Program-made: the position numbers and the translations under genes | The notes under the pieces: generated by a model | What the model saw: the letters and a program-made list of their open reading frames with translations, nothing else | Told to the model about the DNA's origin: nothing | Databases searched by the model: none | Assembly: GCA_963715865.1 (NCBI GenBank) | Contig: OY970280.1 | Coordinates: forward strand, 864,001-928,000 | Length of the DNA: 64,000 bases | Origin: Candidatus Bathyarchaeota archaeon | GTDB taxonomy: Archaea > Thermoproteota > Bathyarchaeia > Bathyarchaeales > Bathycorpusculaceae | Direction: 5' to 3' | Shown: positions 10,518 to 20,102 of the stretch, in pieces | Layout: each line of letters begins with the position of its first letter | Numbering within the stretch: the first letter of the stretch is position 1

Positions 10518-10865
10518 ATGGATTTTTGCTCAGAATGCGGGTCTCGTCTCACTCCAAAAAAGGTGACATCTGGAGGGCACGTTATGTTTGTGCTTGCATG
10601 CAGCAAATGTGGGCACAAGGTAAAAGACCCAAATGAAAACGTCAAATTAACCGGCAAGACAGTAAAGCACAGTCCAAAACAAATGGTTGCAATTATAGAT
10701 AAAGAAAAGCAACTTAGTACATTGCCGACAATACAAGTCGCATGCCCAAGGTGTGGAAACAACGCTGCTTATGCTTGGCAGGTGCAAACAAGAGGCGCAG
10801 ATGAGTCATCCACCCAATTCCTAAGATGCACAAACTGCGAATACACCTTTAGAGAGTCCACATAA
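10518..10865 (+). CDS. tfs: Transcription factor S (TFS/RpoM-like)
   Basis: Two Zn ribbons; QTRGADE acidic hairpin; FLRCTNC. Confidence 0.93.
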   Translation: MDFCSECGSRLTPKKVTSGGHVMFVLACSKCGHKVKDPNENVKLTGKTVKHSPKQMVAIIDKEKQLSTLPTIQVACPRCGNNAAYAWQVQTRGADESSTQFLRCTNCEYTFREST

Positions 10866-11043
10866 GCCGTATTTAAGAAGACCTCAAAGTTTGTAACTGT
10901 GTACAGTCACATCATTATTTATCATTCAACATGGACTCATTGTTAATAACGCGCAGAAAGGATTAGCCTAAAAGCGTGAGGCAAATGGTTAACTTAGATG
11001 CAGGCGAACGATTCCCCCCTCTCTAGCGCGCGAAAAACAGGAC

Positions 11044-11418
11044 ATGCATATCTGCGAGAAGTGCAAGCCAACTGAGAATAAAGTCACAAATCTCTTGGAA
11101 AGAAGTTTCCGCTTCCGATGCTTAAAAATAGATGATCTTGCTTTGCGCAACATTATGGAGGAGAAGCTTGTTGCGGTCACGGTGCATGCGACCGTGAAAG
11201 GTAAACCCTTTGTCGTAAGCGTTGCTTTCTCCTTCGAACACTTGAAAGCTTGCGAGAAATGCGGGGCGTATCCGCTGAAAGTGATAAGTGACAGAACAAG
11301 CACGCAGGACGTTGGGAAGGAAGAGCACATTGTAAGGCTGGTTTATTACGAGTGCCCTGCTGGGCATCAAAGCCAGCTCAGAAAGGTTATCCAGAAAAGG
11401 TTTCCGTGGAGGAATTAG
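11044..11418 (+). CDS. Cys-rich putative Zn-binding protein
   Basis: CxxC, CxxC and CxxxH motifs; directly upstream of the ATPase. Confidence 0.55.
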   Translation: MHICEKCKPTENKVTNLLERSFRFRCLKIDDLALRNIMEEKLVAVTVHATVKGKPFVVSVAFSFEHLKACEKCGAYPLKVISDRTSTQDVGKEEHIVRLVYYECPAGHQSQLRKVIQKRFPWRN

Positions 11419-11420
11419 AA

Positions 11421-12863
11421 TTGAGTTACAGGACGATACGAAATTTCAGTTACGCCAAGAAACTCAAGGCCAAGCCTGGCGTACACAACTTCAAATTTGA
11501 AGGCCAGCGAGCCAAGGGGCTGATAGCGCCAGACGGCAGGTCACTCAAAATCATTGGCGCTTCGCCAAGCGTCGCTAAACAAATAAAGCAGATTCCAGCG
11601 GGCACGAAGCTTGTGCCTGACGGAAACGTTCTGCGGAAACGGTCAACTTCCCCTGCGCCTGCAAAAGCTTCTCCCGTCTCTCCCGTCTCTACTGCTTCCA
11701 CCGTTTCTCCAACTTCTACTGCTTCTCCCGCACTAGTAACTCCTCCTGCTCCTGCACCAGCCGTAATCGTACCTGCTAAACCTGTGCAGACAGCGCAACA
11801 ACCCGATGAGGAAGAAGAATCTACTAGCAATATTGTGGCGCTTGCTTCTCCCCCTGTCTTGAGCGATAAGGATTGTGAGGCTGCAAGAGCCATTCCTATT
11901 CCAGCCACAGGGCCGATTCCTACGAAGTACATCGATTGGAATGCGATTCCAGAAAACTGTAAGGTCAAAGGCATTTCCTACTACGATTACCCAACTGATT
12001 CTGCTCCTAAAGGATTCCTGCCACTTTTGCGTGACTGTTTCAGGCTCAACAGGCTTTATCAGCATAAGAAACCGACGAATGTGATGATAGTCGGACCGCC
12101 AGGTACTGGAAAATCAACGTTGATCAAAAAGTTCGCTGAGGACACAGGTTTACCGTACTGGCAGATTATCGGACAAGACGGTTTGACAGCGGAAGACTTG
12201 CTGGGCAGATCGCACATGAGGGTGAAAAACGGGTCGACTGTGGATGTTTGGGAAGACGGCATAATTCCTAAAGCAGTGCGGAGCGGTGGCATTCTGCACT
12301 TTGACGAAGTGAACGTGTTCCCCCCTTCCGTTATGTTACGTCTTGACGAGTTGCTGGATGCTAAACGGCAGTTGAACATGCAGGACTTGAACGGCGAAAT
12401 CGTTAAGGCGCATCCTGACCTGTTCATCATATTCACGAAGAACCCTGACAACTACAACGGCGTTAACCCTGTGCCTCCTGCCGTTATAAACAGGACTAAG
12501 GTGCTTTGGCTACCATTTGCGCCTATGAATGTTGAGTTGAACATCCTGCAAAGCCAGCTTCGGGCTCTCGGCATAAAGGCCAACGAGTTCTCTGTTAATC
12601 CTAAAGGCGTCACTTCGGGCAAGATGGGGTCAGAAATAGCGGATTTCGTCAAGATCGTTGACAACCTGCGGAAGAACAAGCAATTACCAAGCCACCCAAG
12701 CATGAGGCAAACACTGGATTTCGCGCTTGCTTTACGGAACGGTGACAGCTTCCAAACAGCGTTCAACGGAACTATCAGAGACTACTACATTGCCCAAGAC
12801 GAGGAACAGTACGGCCAAGCAATGGATCAAGTGCTACGTGATGTGGGAAGATCAAAACCGTAA
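11421..12863 (+). CDS. MoxR/CbbQ-type AAA+ ATPase with N-terminal domain and Pro/Ser/Thr/Ala linker
   Basis: GPPGTGKS Walker A, LHFDEVN Walker B, WEDGII; TTG at 11421 after GGAGG. Confidence 0.88.
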   Translation: MSYRTIRNFSYAKKLKAKPGVHNFKFEGQRAKGLIAPDGRSLKIIGASPSVAKQIKQIPAGTKLVPDGNVLRKRSTSPAPAKASPVSPVSTASTVSPTSTASPALVTPPAPAPAVIVPAKPVQTAQQPDEEEESTSNIVALASPPVLSDKDCEAARAIPIPATGPIPTKYIDWNAIPENCKVKGISYYDYPTDSAPKGFLPLLRDCFRLNRLYQHKKPTNVMIVGPPGTGKSTLIKKFAEDTGLPYWQIIGQDGLTAEDLLGRSHMRVKNGSTVDVWEDGIIPKAVRSGGILHFDEVNVFPPSVMLRLDELLDAKRQLNMQDLNGEIVKAHPDLFIIFTKNPDNYNGVNPVPPAVINRTKVLWLPFAPMNVELNILQSQLRALGIKANEFSVNPKGVTSGKMGSEIADFVKIVDNLRKNKQLPSHPSMRQTLDFALALRNGDSFQTAFNGTIRDYYIAQDEEQYGQAMDQVLRDVGRSKP

Positions 12864-12877
12864 ATGGAGAATAGTTA

Positions 12878-13444
12878 ATGCCGTACAGTAGCACCGCCCA
12901 CACGCAATACGGCAACCAAAAACTGCCGATGGCTATTCAAGCCAACATTTCAGGCCTAACCCTTTTCCGATCCAAGTTTCTAAGCGGAAAAAACAACATC
13001 CTGATTTCGCCAAACAAAGATAGCAAAGGCTACAGCGTTGGCCGACAGAAACTGCAGAACGGCGCTACTATCTTCAACATAAACGTTCCCCATTGGGAAA
13101 CGTACATCCTTCCTTTGGATGACAAAGACAAATACCGCATATACGTGAACGGTTGCTGGCACGAATCGATGCATTGCAAATATACGCCAGACGAGGTTTA
13201 CAGTTTCGGGGCAACGGTGTCCACAGACCCCTATGAGAAGGGCGTAGTGACAGTGTCGCTCTGTCCAATCTGCAAGCCATCTGAAGACTGGCTTGGAAAA
13301 TATGCATATTCTGAAAAGGTGCGTAGTTCGGGTTTATGGAATTCTAGCTATGTCTTTGAAGCCGAACAAAGACTTAACCCATATGACCTGGAAAAACTTC
13401 AGGAGATAATAGGTCAAACTTTGAACCTTTGGAAAAGAGCCTGA
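12878..13444 (+). pseudogene. Chimeric ORF: N-terminus of a HExxH/vWA-type ATPase partner joined to the tail of an unrelated protein
   Basis: WHESMHCKYT then abrupt switch to TVSLCPICKPSEDWLG..KVRSSGLW; no vWA domain. Confidence 0.55.
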
Positions 13445-13999
13445 CTATTTTTTGAATTTGTCCAAATCAAATTACTGTGTAATACTCTTTTGTGCCTTAT
13501 ATCTTACGAATTCATAACACTTTTTTCTAAGTGTGGCCCTTTATAGACAGGGTCATAGCAATTGGATAAGCGGCGCACTAATCCCGGCTCTTTATTGTAG
13601 CCGCCAAAAACATTGACTTGCTGCCCATTAACACCCATGGAGAGCGAATTCGTAGTCGTGTTTGGTGGAGGGCGAGGAATTGCTTGAATGGCACTCCCTA
13701 TGTTCATGGATGGTGCAGCGCTACGCCTATCCGATGTGTTAGTCGAGTTAAAGATAGATGCAGATGGTGTTCCAAATAGCACCAAAATTATGCAAATGCA
13801 TAGAAACCGATTAGTTAACTGGTTCAGTCTCTCTCGCCTGTTTTTTAATTTACTGGTTTCAGAAACTTGAGTATGTTTAGATTTTATATTTAAGATTAAC
13901 CTATTTGCCTCGTAACTTGCCGACTATAAAAAATCATGCAAATTTTTATCTGATGCCTTAAAGTACAATTTAAACCCCAAAAGCCCAAACAGCTTAATT

Positions 14000-14641
14000 T
14001 TAGCGCTTGCGTTTCTTGAAGTAGACCAGAAGACCAGCGCAAGCAACAGCAACCAGAGCTACAGAAGCAGTTATTACTAATGTTGTTGAGAAGGAGTTTT
14101 GAGCTACGGTGACATCGTGAGGTATGGTGAAATTTTGAAATATTATGAAGGTTATTGGTTCAGAGTCTGCATTCACTGGGTAACTATTAAGCGCTGTATA
14201 ACCATTATTCACGTAGAAGCTATCTGCTTCAGCGCTTACCGTAATGTTATGCGCTCCTGATGTCAAAGTTAGGTTAGCTGAAAAGTTCAAGGTTCGTGGT
14301 GGGTAATTATTGAAAGGAGAATCGATGTCATGCACTGTAATATGGCGTTCACCGCCGTCCACTACGTAATATACAGAGGTTACATTTCCAAAAACGTCAT
14401 AGGCACCAGTAGGATACCATGCGTCAGGTTTGATTACTGAGAAGTTTAGCCAAACGTTGGGCGAATCGTAAGTTTCATTTTGAGCAGGCGAGTTCACAAC
14501 AATTGTTGGCGGCGTCTTAATGGGGTTAGGAGGAAAGGGAAATAATGGTGCAGGATTAGCCGTTGTCAAACCAACAAATGCAGTTGTATAAGAAAGCAAT
14601 ATTGCCAATATTAGAGATAACCCTAATACTGTTTTCTTCAT
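14000..14641 (-). CDS. Secreted Ig-like surface protein with C-terminal TM anchor
   Basis: Signal peptide, beta-rich body, LLVYFKKRKR end. Confidence 0.85.
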   Translation of the reverse strand: MKKTVLGLSLILAILLSYTTAFVGLTTANPAPLFPFPPNPIKTPPTIVVNSPAQNETYDSPNVWLNFSVIKPDAWYPTGAYDVFGNVTSVYYVVDGGERHITVHDIDSPFNNYPPRTLNFSANLTLTSGAHNITVSAEADSFYVNNGYTALNSYPVNADSEPITFIIFQNFTIPHDVTVAQNSFSTTLVITASVALVAVACAGLLVYFKKRKR

Positions 14642-14780
14642 GATTTTCTAACTCTTGCATCTCTTACAATAGCGTTGGAACCATATCAAATATAAGTGTA
14701 TTCGTCAAGGTTTCTCGACTAACCAAATGCTGACTGAGCAATTTCATTTCATATCTCCAAAAACCCAAACAACTTAATTT

Positions 14781-14945
14781 TCAGTGCTTGCGTTTTTTGA
14801 AGTAGACCAACAAACCAGCAACCACCACAACCGCTGCTGATGCTCCTGAAACAGCGGCAACAGTTGCGGTTGGAAAAGGCTCTATCTTTGTGTTAGGAGG
14901 CGTGACTGTGGGCGAAGGAGACGGCGAAGGAGTAGGCGAAGCAAG
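14781..14945 (-). pseudogene. Orphan C-terminal fragment of a paralogous surface protein
   Basis: Translates SPTPSPSPSPTVTPP..EPFPTATVAAV..GLLVYFKKRKH*; downstream DNA resembles that of the 14000 gene. Confidence 0.8.
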
Positions 14946-15276
14946 CCAGCATCTCAAACGGCGAGAGCCTCAGCAGGATAGTCCAAAATGCTACGTTGAG
15001 AACGGTTTCGGGTTACAGGATTGTGCCGCCGCTTAGTACAGGATCTGAAGCAAGACTACTGATGAACGAATATCTCAGACAGGTGTATCGTGGGCAATGA
15101 CGATTTTTGTACAACTGCTTGACTTGACCACTGGATTCATCAACTTCTATGGAACACTCGGTTGTGTCCAGCCGAGAAGAGTGGGCGATCTGCAACTCGT
15201 AAACTCGATAGCCATTTGATGTCGAGTAACCGAGACAAATTATTTATTAAATCACGCTGCTTTTGCGGGGCAGGGG

Positions 15277-15451
15277 TGCGACGAGCCGAACTTGAACCCA
15301 AACCAGACTGCGTGAAAACTCAAACCGCGTTCAAAAAGTTGCGCTCTACGTGTATATGCAGCAGCGTCCTGCTACCAACATTTTTCACACAAAAAAAGCA
15401 TTTTCCTGAAACTCAATCGAGTTTTTACACAGTCTCAAACAGGTTCAAGCC
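15277..15451. mobile_element. Mini-element copy 1 (129-bp core with terminal inverted repeats) inside a TTGAAC-N8-GTTCAA site
   Basis: TTGAAC-CCAAACCA-GACTGCGTGAAAACT ... AGTTTTTACACAGTC-TCAAACAG-GTTCAAG. Confidence 0.72.
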
Positions 15452-15680
15452 CCAGACCAAACGCAAGCAGTTAAACTCTTGTTTAGTCTGTAAACTTAGG
15501 GTTTGCTAAATCTAGTCTCAGCCTTCACCGATTAAGAGTAAGTTGTTCTGCCATAAATGACCTTCGGCAAATTTAGTGTCGTTTCTGAAATTGTTCACAT
15601 GGGGTAACCTGAACTCCTTTTGTGGTCTGAGAACACATATTACAATAAGCCTTGGCAAAAGTTTCTCGCAAGTTGAAACT

Positions 15681-16745
15681 TTATTCAAATAGGGGTGAGA
15701 GATCTTGAATTCCATAATGAGATTCAACTAACGCTGTCGCTTTTTTTATAAACACATTTTCAAGAATACTTCTGAATTTTTCCAGATCTTCTAAATTCAA
15801 TTTGCAAGATGTTTTTCCATGAATGAGGTTGTTTCGCTCACTCCTTAATTTACGTATTAATTGTTGGTCGTTGCTCGTCAGAGATACACCCAACCTCTCC
15901 AGTAGCTTTTGCCATTTTACCATTAAAGGCGGTTCATTCACTTTCTTTAATGTCTCAACCAAGGCAACCTCTTCTTGAAGTGGCAAAGCAAGATTTTGAA
16001 CTGCCAAGATACTTTTGTTGATATTTTCCTTTTTAGCAAGTTTGGATACTTTTTCATTAGTGCATAGGAACTCGAACGCAATCCAGAGTTGAAGTAAATT
16101 ATCAATTAAAGATTCTATTTCGAAAGACTGCATAAGCCAACTGAGTGTTTCATATAGCGATTGAACACTTTCATTATACTGACTCTTAATTTGTTCCAGC
16201 TTGTCAAGCGTTGGAATTAATGGATCGAAGAAATCTTGAGGACTATGATGGAAAACTAACTGATGTCCAGATTGCACATTCAGTAAGTTGAAGACTGCGC
16301 CTTTTGTTATTGAATCAATAGCCAACCCATAAGGTATTAAATGACACTTTGAGAAAGCTTTACTCATGTTATAATTCAACAGTACTTTTTTGCCATTATC
16401 GTTTATAGAGGGTAAAGTAATATCTGTTCTAAATTGTATCCAATCCACCGCTCGTTTAGTAACTGTCTCAGCCTTAGTTAATGCATCTAAATAATGTTCG
16501 GCAGTCACTTCGACCACGGCAAACGATGGATTGCCCTCCCAAGGTTGATTTCCAAGTGTTTTAGAACCTCTTATTTTATCAGTTAATATTTTGCTGATGT
16601 CATTAGTAAATAGAACTTCCTGTATCGTAAACTCAGATGGAAGAATAAGCCCACGTATCGGAAAAATAACTTTGAAGTTACGTTGAACTAAAAGGGGCTG
16701 ATTACCACCATGAAAAATGGGGGGCAAGTTTGTTGACTTAGCCAC
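15681..16745 (-). CDS. ApeA-like HEPN domain protein (putative RNase), possibly 5'-truncated
   Basis: LWIAFEFL and RNNLIH (Rx4H) motifs; GTG start without clear RBS. Confidence 0.75.
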   Translation of the reverse strand: MAKSTNLPPIFHGGNQPLLVQRNFKVIFPIRGLILPSEFTIQEVLFTNDISKILTDKIRGSKTLGNQPWEGNPSFAVVEVTAEHYLDALTKAETVTKRAVDWIQFRTDITLPSINDNGKKVLLNYNMSKAFSKCHLIPYGLAIDSITKGAVFNLLNVQSGHQLVFHHSPQDFFDPLIPTLDKLEQIKSQYNESVQSLYETLSWLMQSFEIESLIDNLLQLWIAFEFLCTNEKVSKLAKKENINKSILAVQNLALPLQEEVALVETLKKVNEPPLMVKWQKLLERLGVSLTSNDQQLIRKLRSERNNLIHGKTSCKLNLEDLEKFRSILENVFIKKATALVESHYGIQDLSPLFE

Positions 16746-16797
16746 AAAATAAATAGCATCTTGGGGAGATCTTGAAAAAGGCGATGCAAGTGAAGAC

Positions 16798-17340
16798 TCA
16801 GTTCTGTTTCTTTGCTACGCGGTCTTCAGGTTTAGGCGTAGGCAAACACAAAGCTGAAAAAACACTTTCCTCTGTATCTCCAGCCACCGCAACTTTATCT
16901 TTTGTCAACCCTTCGCTGTACTTCAACCTAAAACCTTTTGACAGGGCATAACTCGCAAGCCACATGTTATGATCTGCTGAACCCGTACGGATAAGCTCTT
17001 GAATGCCAAACGTTTGCTCAGTTGCACGGTAAAAATCAACTTGAAAAAGGCTGTTTTCAAAGGGATAGTTTAGTTTTATCACGCTTTTTCCCGCACAAAT
17101 AACCTTAGCCTTCTTTAAGGCTTGAACAATTTTGCCCCAGTTACATTCAGTTCCAATAGCAACAAAATCCACGTCACCAACCGTTGGCCTCTGCCGTCTG
17201 ATGGAGCCAACTACCTCAAGCTTATCGCATAATGGCTTGACTACACTTTCAACTTGTTTAGCAAGTAGCTGTGCGTTTACTAACTCAAGCTTTGTTAAAA
17301 CATTAGGCTCTTCTTCGCCGAACAATTTAGCCTGCTTCAA
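16798..17340 (-). CDS. polX: Minimal DNA polymerase X (palm and thumb only)
   Basis: GSIRR, GDVD, QVD, RTGSADHN, EESVF..L.LP..KPEDR; 180 aa, no lyase or PHP domain. Confidence 0.85.
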   Translation of the reverse strand: MKQAKLFGEEEPNVLTKLELVNAQLLAKQVESVVKPLCDKLEVVGSIRRQRPTVGDVDFVAIGTECNWGKIVQALKKAKVICAGKSVIKLNYPFENSLFQVDFYRATEQTFGIQELIRTGSADHNMWLASYALSKGFRLKYSEGLTKDKVAVAGDTEESVFSALCLPTPKPEDRVAKKQN

Positions 17341-17373
17341 TGTTCCATTCTTCCCCAGTTCTCAACGGCAAAT

Positions 17374-17487
17374 TTATGATTTCTCTTCAATCTCCAAACG
17401 GAGCTGACAGTTTTCTTTCCCAATACAGTAATCGCAACTAACATATTCTTTTTGGGTTTGGCAATCAATCACTATTTGAGCATACAT
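17374..17487 (-). CDS. 37-aa Cys-rich peptide (not in ORF track)
   Basis: MYAQIVIDCQTQKEYVSCDYCIGKENCQLRLEIEEKS; GAGG upstream; directly upstream of polX. Confidence 0.45.
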   Translation of the reverse strand: MYAQIVIDCQTQKEYVSCDYCIGKENCQLRLEIEEKS

Positions 17488-17660
17488 ACTTTCTCAACCT
17501 CGGGAAGCAACCCTACTTGCAGAACTAGCTTATAGGCAATATCGACTAAATGACAGCACTATTTTAGCTGACTAATGCCTTTTCATCATCAATTGTAAAC
17601 AAAAATATGAGTTAAAGGTCTCTGTTTCCAGTCAACGATAATAGGCAAATGCCTCTAAAA

Positions 17661-17704
17661 GGTGGCGAGCCCGCTGGGATTTGACCCCAAATGGGGTCGG
17701 AACC
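17661..17704. repeat. tRNA-3'-like site with TTGACC-CCAAATGG-GGTCGGAA palindrome
   Basis: GGTGGCGAGCCCGCTGGGATTTG matches 23649-23671 at 21/23. Confidence 0.8.
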
Positions 17705-17800
17705 TATAACATGGAATCAACAACTTCCGAGAAGACACTGGAAAAACAATACAAGCCCTCCGGCAAACAATTTTTCAAAAAAAACAATTCTGTTTTTTTA

Positions 17801-17843
17801 TAGCGGGTCCGATGGGATGCGCTTAAACTATTAAGCGAATTCC
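17801..17843. repeat. tRNA-3'-like site joined to CGCTTAA-N4-TTAAGCG palindrome
   Basis: TAGCGGGTCCGATGGGAT identical to 22139-22156. Confidence 0.8.
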
Positions 17844-17932
17844 ACGAGTTATGAGCATAGAAGCAGTCGTTCCTTTGTTAACGAAGGTCAATCTCTCCGT
17901 ATCTCTTGCTTTCAATAGATAGTAAGAGCAAC

Positions 17933-18065
17933 ATGATGAAGCGTTACGATTTCTGTAAGTGAAGAGATAGCAAAAAAGTTAGAGGAAGAGCGAAAGAAAC
18001 GTCTATTGGATTCGATTTCCGAAACAATAAGGGTGATATCGAGCGAATACTATTCAAAAAGATGA
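17933..18065 (+). pseudogene. Ribbon-helix-helix (CopG-like) regulator, frameshifted
   Basis: MMKR then, in another frame, VTISVSEEIAKKLEEERKKRLLDSISETIRVI. Confidence 0.6.
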
Positions 18066-19277
18066 CATTCCCACCACTTCTCCGTTCGCCATTTTATAAA
18101 GAGTATAAAGTCTTCCAAAACTGTCTTCCTTATTTAGTTTTTTTGCTTCTTCCATTTTAAGACGCAAGTAGGATACAATATCTTTGTGTTCTGAATCGTC
18201 TCTCTTCTTCAGTTGGTAAAAAGCGTCCCTGAAGTCGCTCCCAAGTGTTTGCCACTTCGGGTTGCTCCACAGGGTGCTGGCATCATCGATAAGTTTCATT
18301 AAGTAATTCTTGGAATATTCATGTAATTGTAGAAGTATGTTGAAAACATTGGAAATAGAAGTAGTGTCGTAATTAGGGTCATCGTAGAATTTGCCTATTT
18401 CTTTTAGCCATTTTTGGTTGATAGCGGTTGTAACTTGTTCGCTAAAATGATTGATAATCATGGCGAGAAATTGTATATACTTCTCGGCATGAGACTCATG
18501 GAAAAGTTTCTCAGGTATAACACATTCTAAGGTTTTCTCAATTTCGTCTTTCACTTCGTTCCATTTGTAGTTGTCGCAGAGAGTACGGAGCTTATCCTGA
18601 AAATTGTCTAGCATTATTGCTTTTATGTCTGTGTTAGATGCTTCCTGTACTGCGTCTGATGCTTCTTTAAACGCATTAATTCGATTCGTATATGTAGTAT
18701 TGCGCTTAGTAATAAGCAGTTGTTGAGATTTCCACATATTATAGAGTTCGTTTGTTGTAAACCAAGCAAAAAACGATAATAACCCGATACCAAAAAGAAT
18801 TAGACTTATCTTACCAACAAGAATTTGGTTACCCATATTAGGTAACGCAGGCGTGACTGACAAGCTAAAGGCAATAGCGATTACTGTTACGCCCATGATT
18901 AGCATTGTAATCATGGTAATCCAAACCATTGGTCTCTTTTCTTTCTCTATGGGCGGTCTTCTAAAAAACTTAGAAAGTGAATTTGTGCCTTTTTGGATAG
19001 GCGGTGATATTGTGACATTTTCGCCTTTGGCGCCCGCACGATTGCGTCGTGCGTGAATCTGATAACCCAGCCAAAGAGCAGAGAGAAAGAAAATCAACAG
19101 AGCCAAAACTACGAAGAGTATAAAGTAATTTGCCAAGAAATCAACTCCGCGAAATAGAGGTTCGGGTATAAAACCCAACAAAACCAAGAGCCACAGGATT
19201 GAGCCGATGTTGCTTGTTGCTGAAAGAAGAAATTTCAACACACTCATTATCTTGTGGGTTTCCATGGTCATCAACAT
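18054..19277 (-). CDS. Hypothetical membrane protein (about 4 TM) with large helical domain
   Basis: 407-aa ORF with hydrophobic N-terminal half. Confidence 0.75.
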   Translation of the reverse strand: MLMTMETHKIMSVLKFLLSATSNIGSILWLLVLLGFIPEPLFRGVDFLANYFILFVVLALLIFFLSALWLGYQIHARRNRAGAKGENVTISPPIQKGTNSLSKFFRRPPIEKEKRPMVWITMITMLIMGVTVIAIAFSLSVTPALPNMGNQILVGKISLILFGIGLLSFFAWFTTNELYNMWKSQQLLITKRNTTYTNRINAFKEASDAVQEASNTDIKAIMLDNFQDKLRTLCDNYKWNEVKDEIEKTLECVIPEKLFHESHAEKYIQFLAMIINHFSEQVTTAINQKWLKEIGKFYDDPNYDTTSISNVFNILLQLHEYSKNYLMKLIDDASTLWSNPKWQTLGSDFRDAFYQLKKRDDSEHKDIVSYLRLKMEEAKKLNKEDSFGRLYTLYKMANGEVVGMSSF

Positions 19278-19431
19278 GTGCCCATTTAAATTTAACTTTT
19301 ACCCCGATAGTTACACTGACATTCTGAAACTCTCAAACCCCGAAAAATTATCCGAACCCCTTTTCGGTTGTTTTAAATAGCCCTTCTTTAGATACGAAGA
19401 AGTGAAAAGCAAAACGTAGGAACTAATAGAC

Positions 19432-20040
19432 TTGATGCCTAACACAAGATGTGTTAAATTTGATGTCCCCAAGGATTGCAAACTAAGAAAATACTCGGAG
19501 CAATTAGTGTACATTTTTAAAAACAAAGACTACAAAGAAGATTTCAATAACTTTAGCGACCAACTATTCCATGATAGCTTTGCTTTCGTCAAAAAAGAGC
19601 TAAAAACAGACAAGCATCCTGTTATAGTAGTCGAGTTCGTTTACACTCAAACAGAATATGAAAGACTTGAAAAACAAGTAAACCAATTTGTGTACCAAAG
19701 AGAGAAGCCAAAAATTAAAACTCTTGGGTTTACGATAACAAGTAACTTCAGCAACAAGATTTACATTAATTTTGAGCCTCTTTTTGGGCTAATAGAAAAA
19801 AATTGTTCCGCCTTCGTGTTTAATCTAGTTTCAACGCTAATTCATGAAATTTTGCATTGCTTCTATCGTGACTTGAAAGATGAGCAAGCAACTTACGACC
19901 TTCACTGTAAAATGCTTGAAGTCTTTTTAGGCATAACTTTACCCGATGAAATGAAAGAGACAAAAGCATCCGATTACTATACATCAAAGATGCAGAAGTT
20001 AAATAGCTTAGGTGACGATTTTTCAAATAGACAAACCTAA
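19432..20040 (+). CDS. Zincin-like metallopeptidase domain protein
   Basis: TLIHEILHCF (HExxH). Confidence 0.65.
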   Translation: MMPNTRCVKFDVPKDCKLRKYSEQLVYIFKNKDYKEDFNNFSDQLFHDSFAFVKKELKTDKHPVIVVEFVYTQTEYERLEKQVNQFVYQREKPKIKTLGFTITSNFSNKIYINFEPLFGLIEKNCSAFVFNLVSTLIHEILHCFYRDLKDEQATYDLHCKMLEVFLGITLPDEMKETKASDYYTSKMQKLNSLGDDFSNRQT

Positions 20041-20102
20041 AAAGCGTTGCCCCAAGTCACTCATGTAAACGAAGACGCACAGCAAAAAGAAAAAAGGAAG
20101 AT

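Noticed and set aside
13504-13870. ORFs 13504-13785 and 13688-13870
   Set aside because: No recognisable motif or good start; probably a remnant of a secreted-protein gene, too weak to call
15162-15509. ORF similar to 30438-30659 (RAELEPK.DCVKT) as a protein family
   Set aside because: Similarity is explained by the shared non-coding att and inverted-repeat arms read in frame
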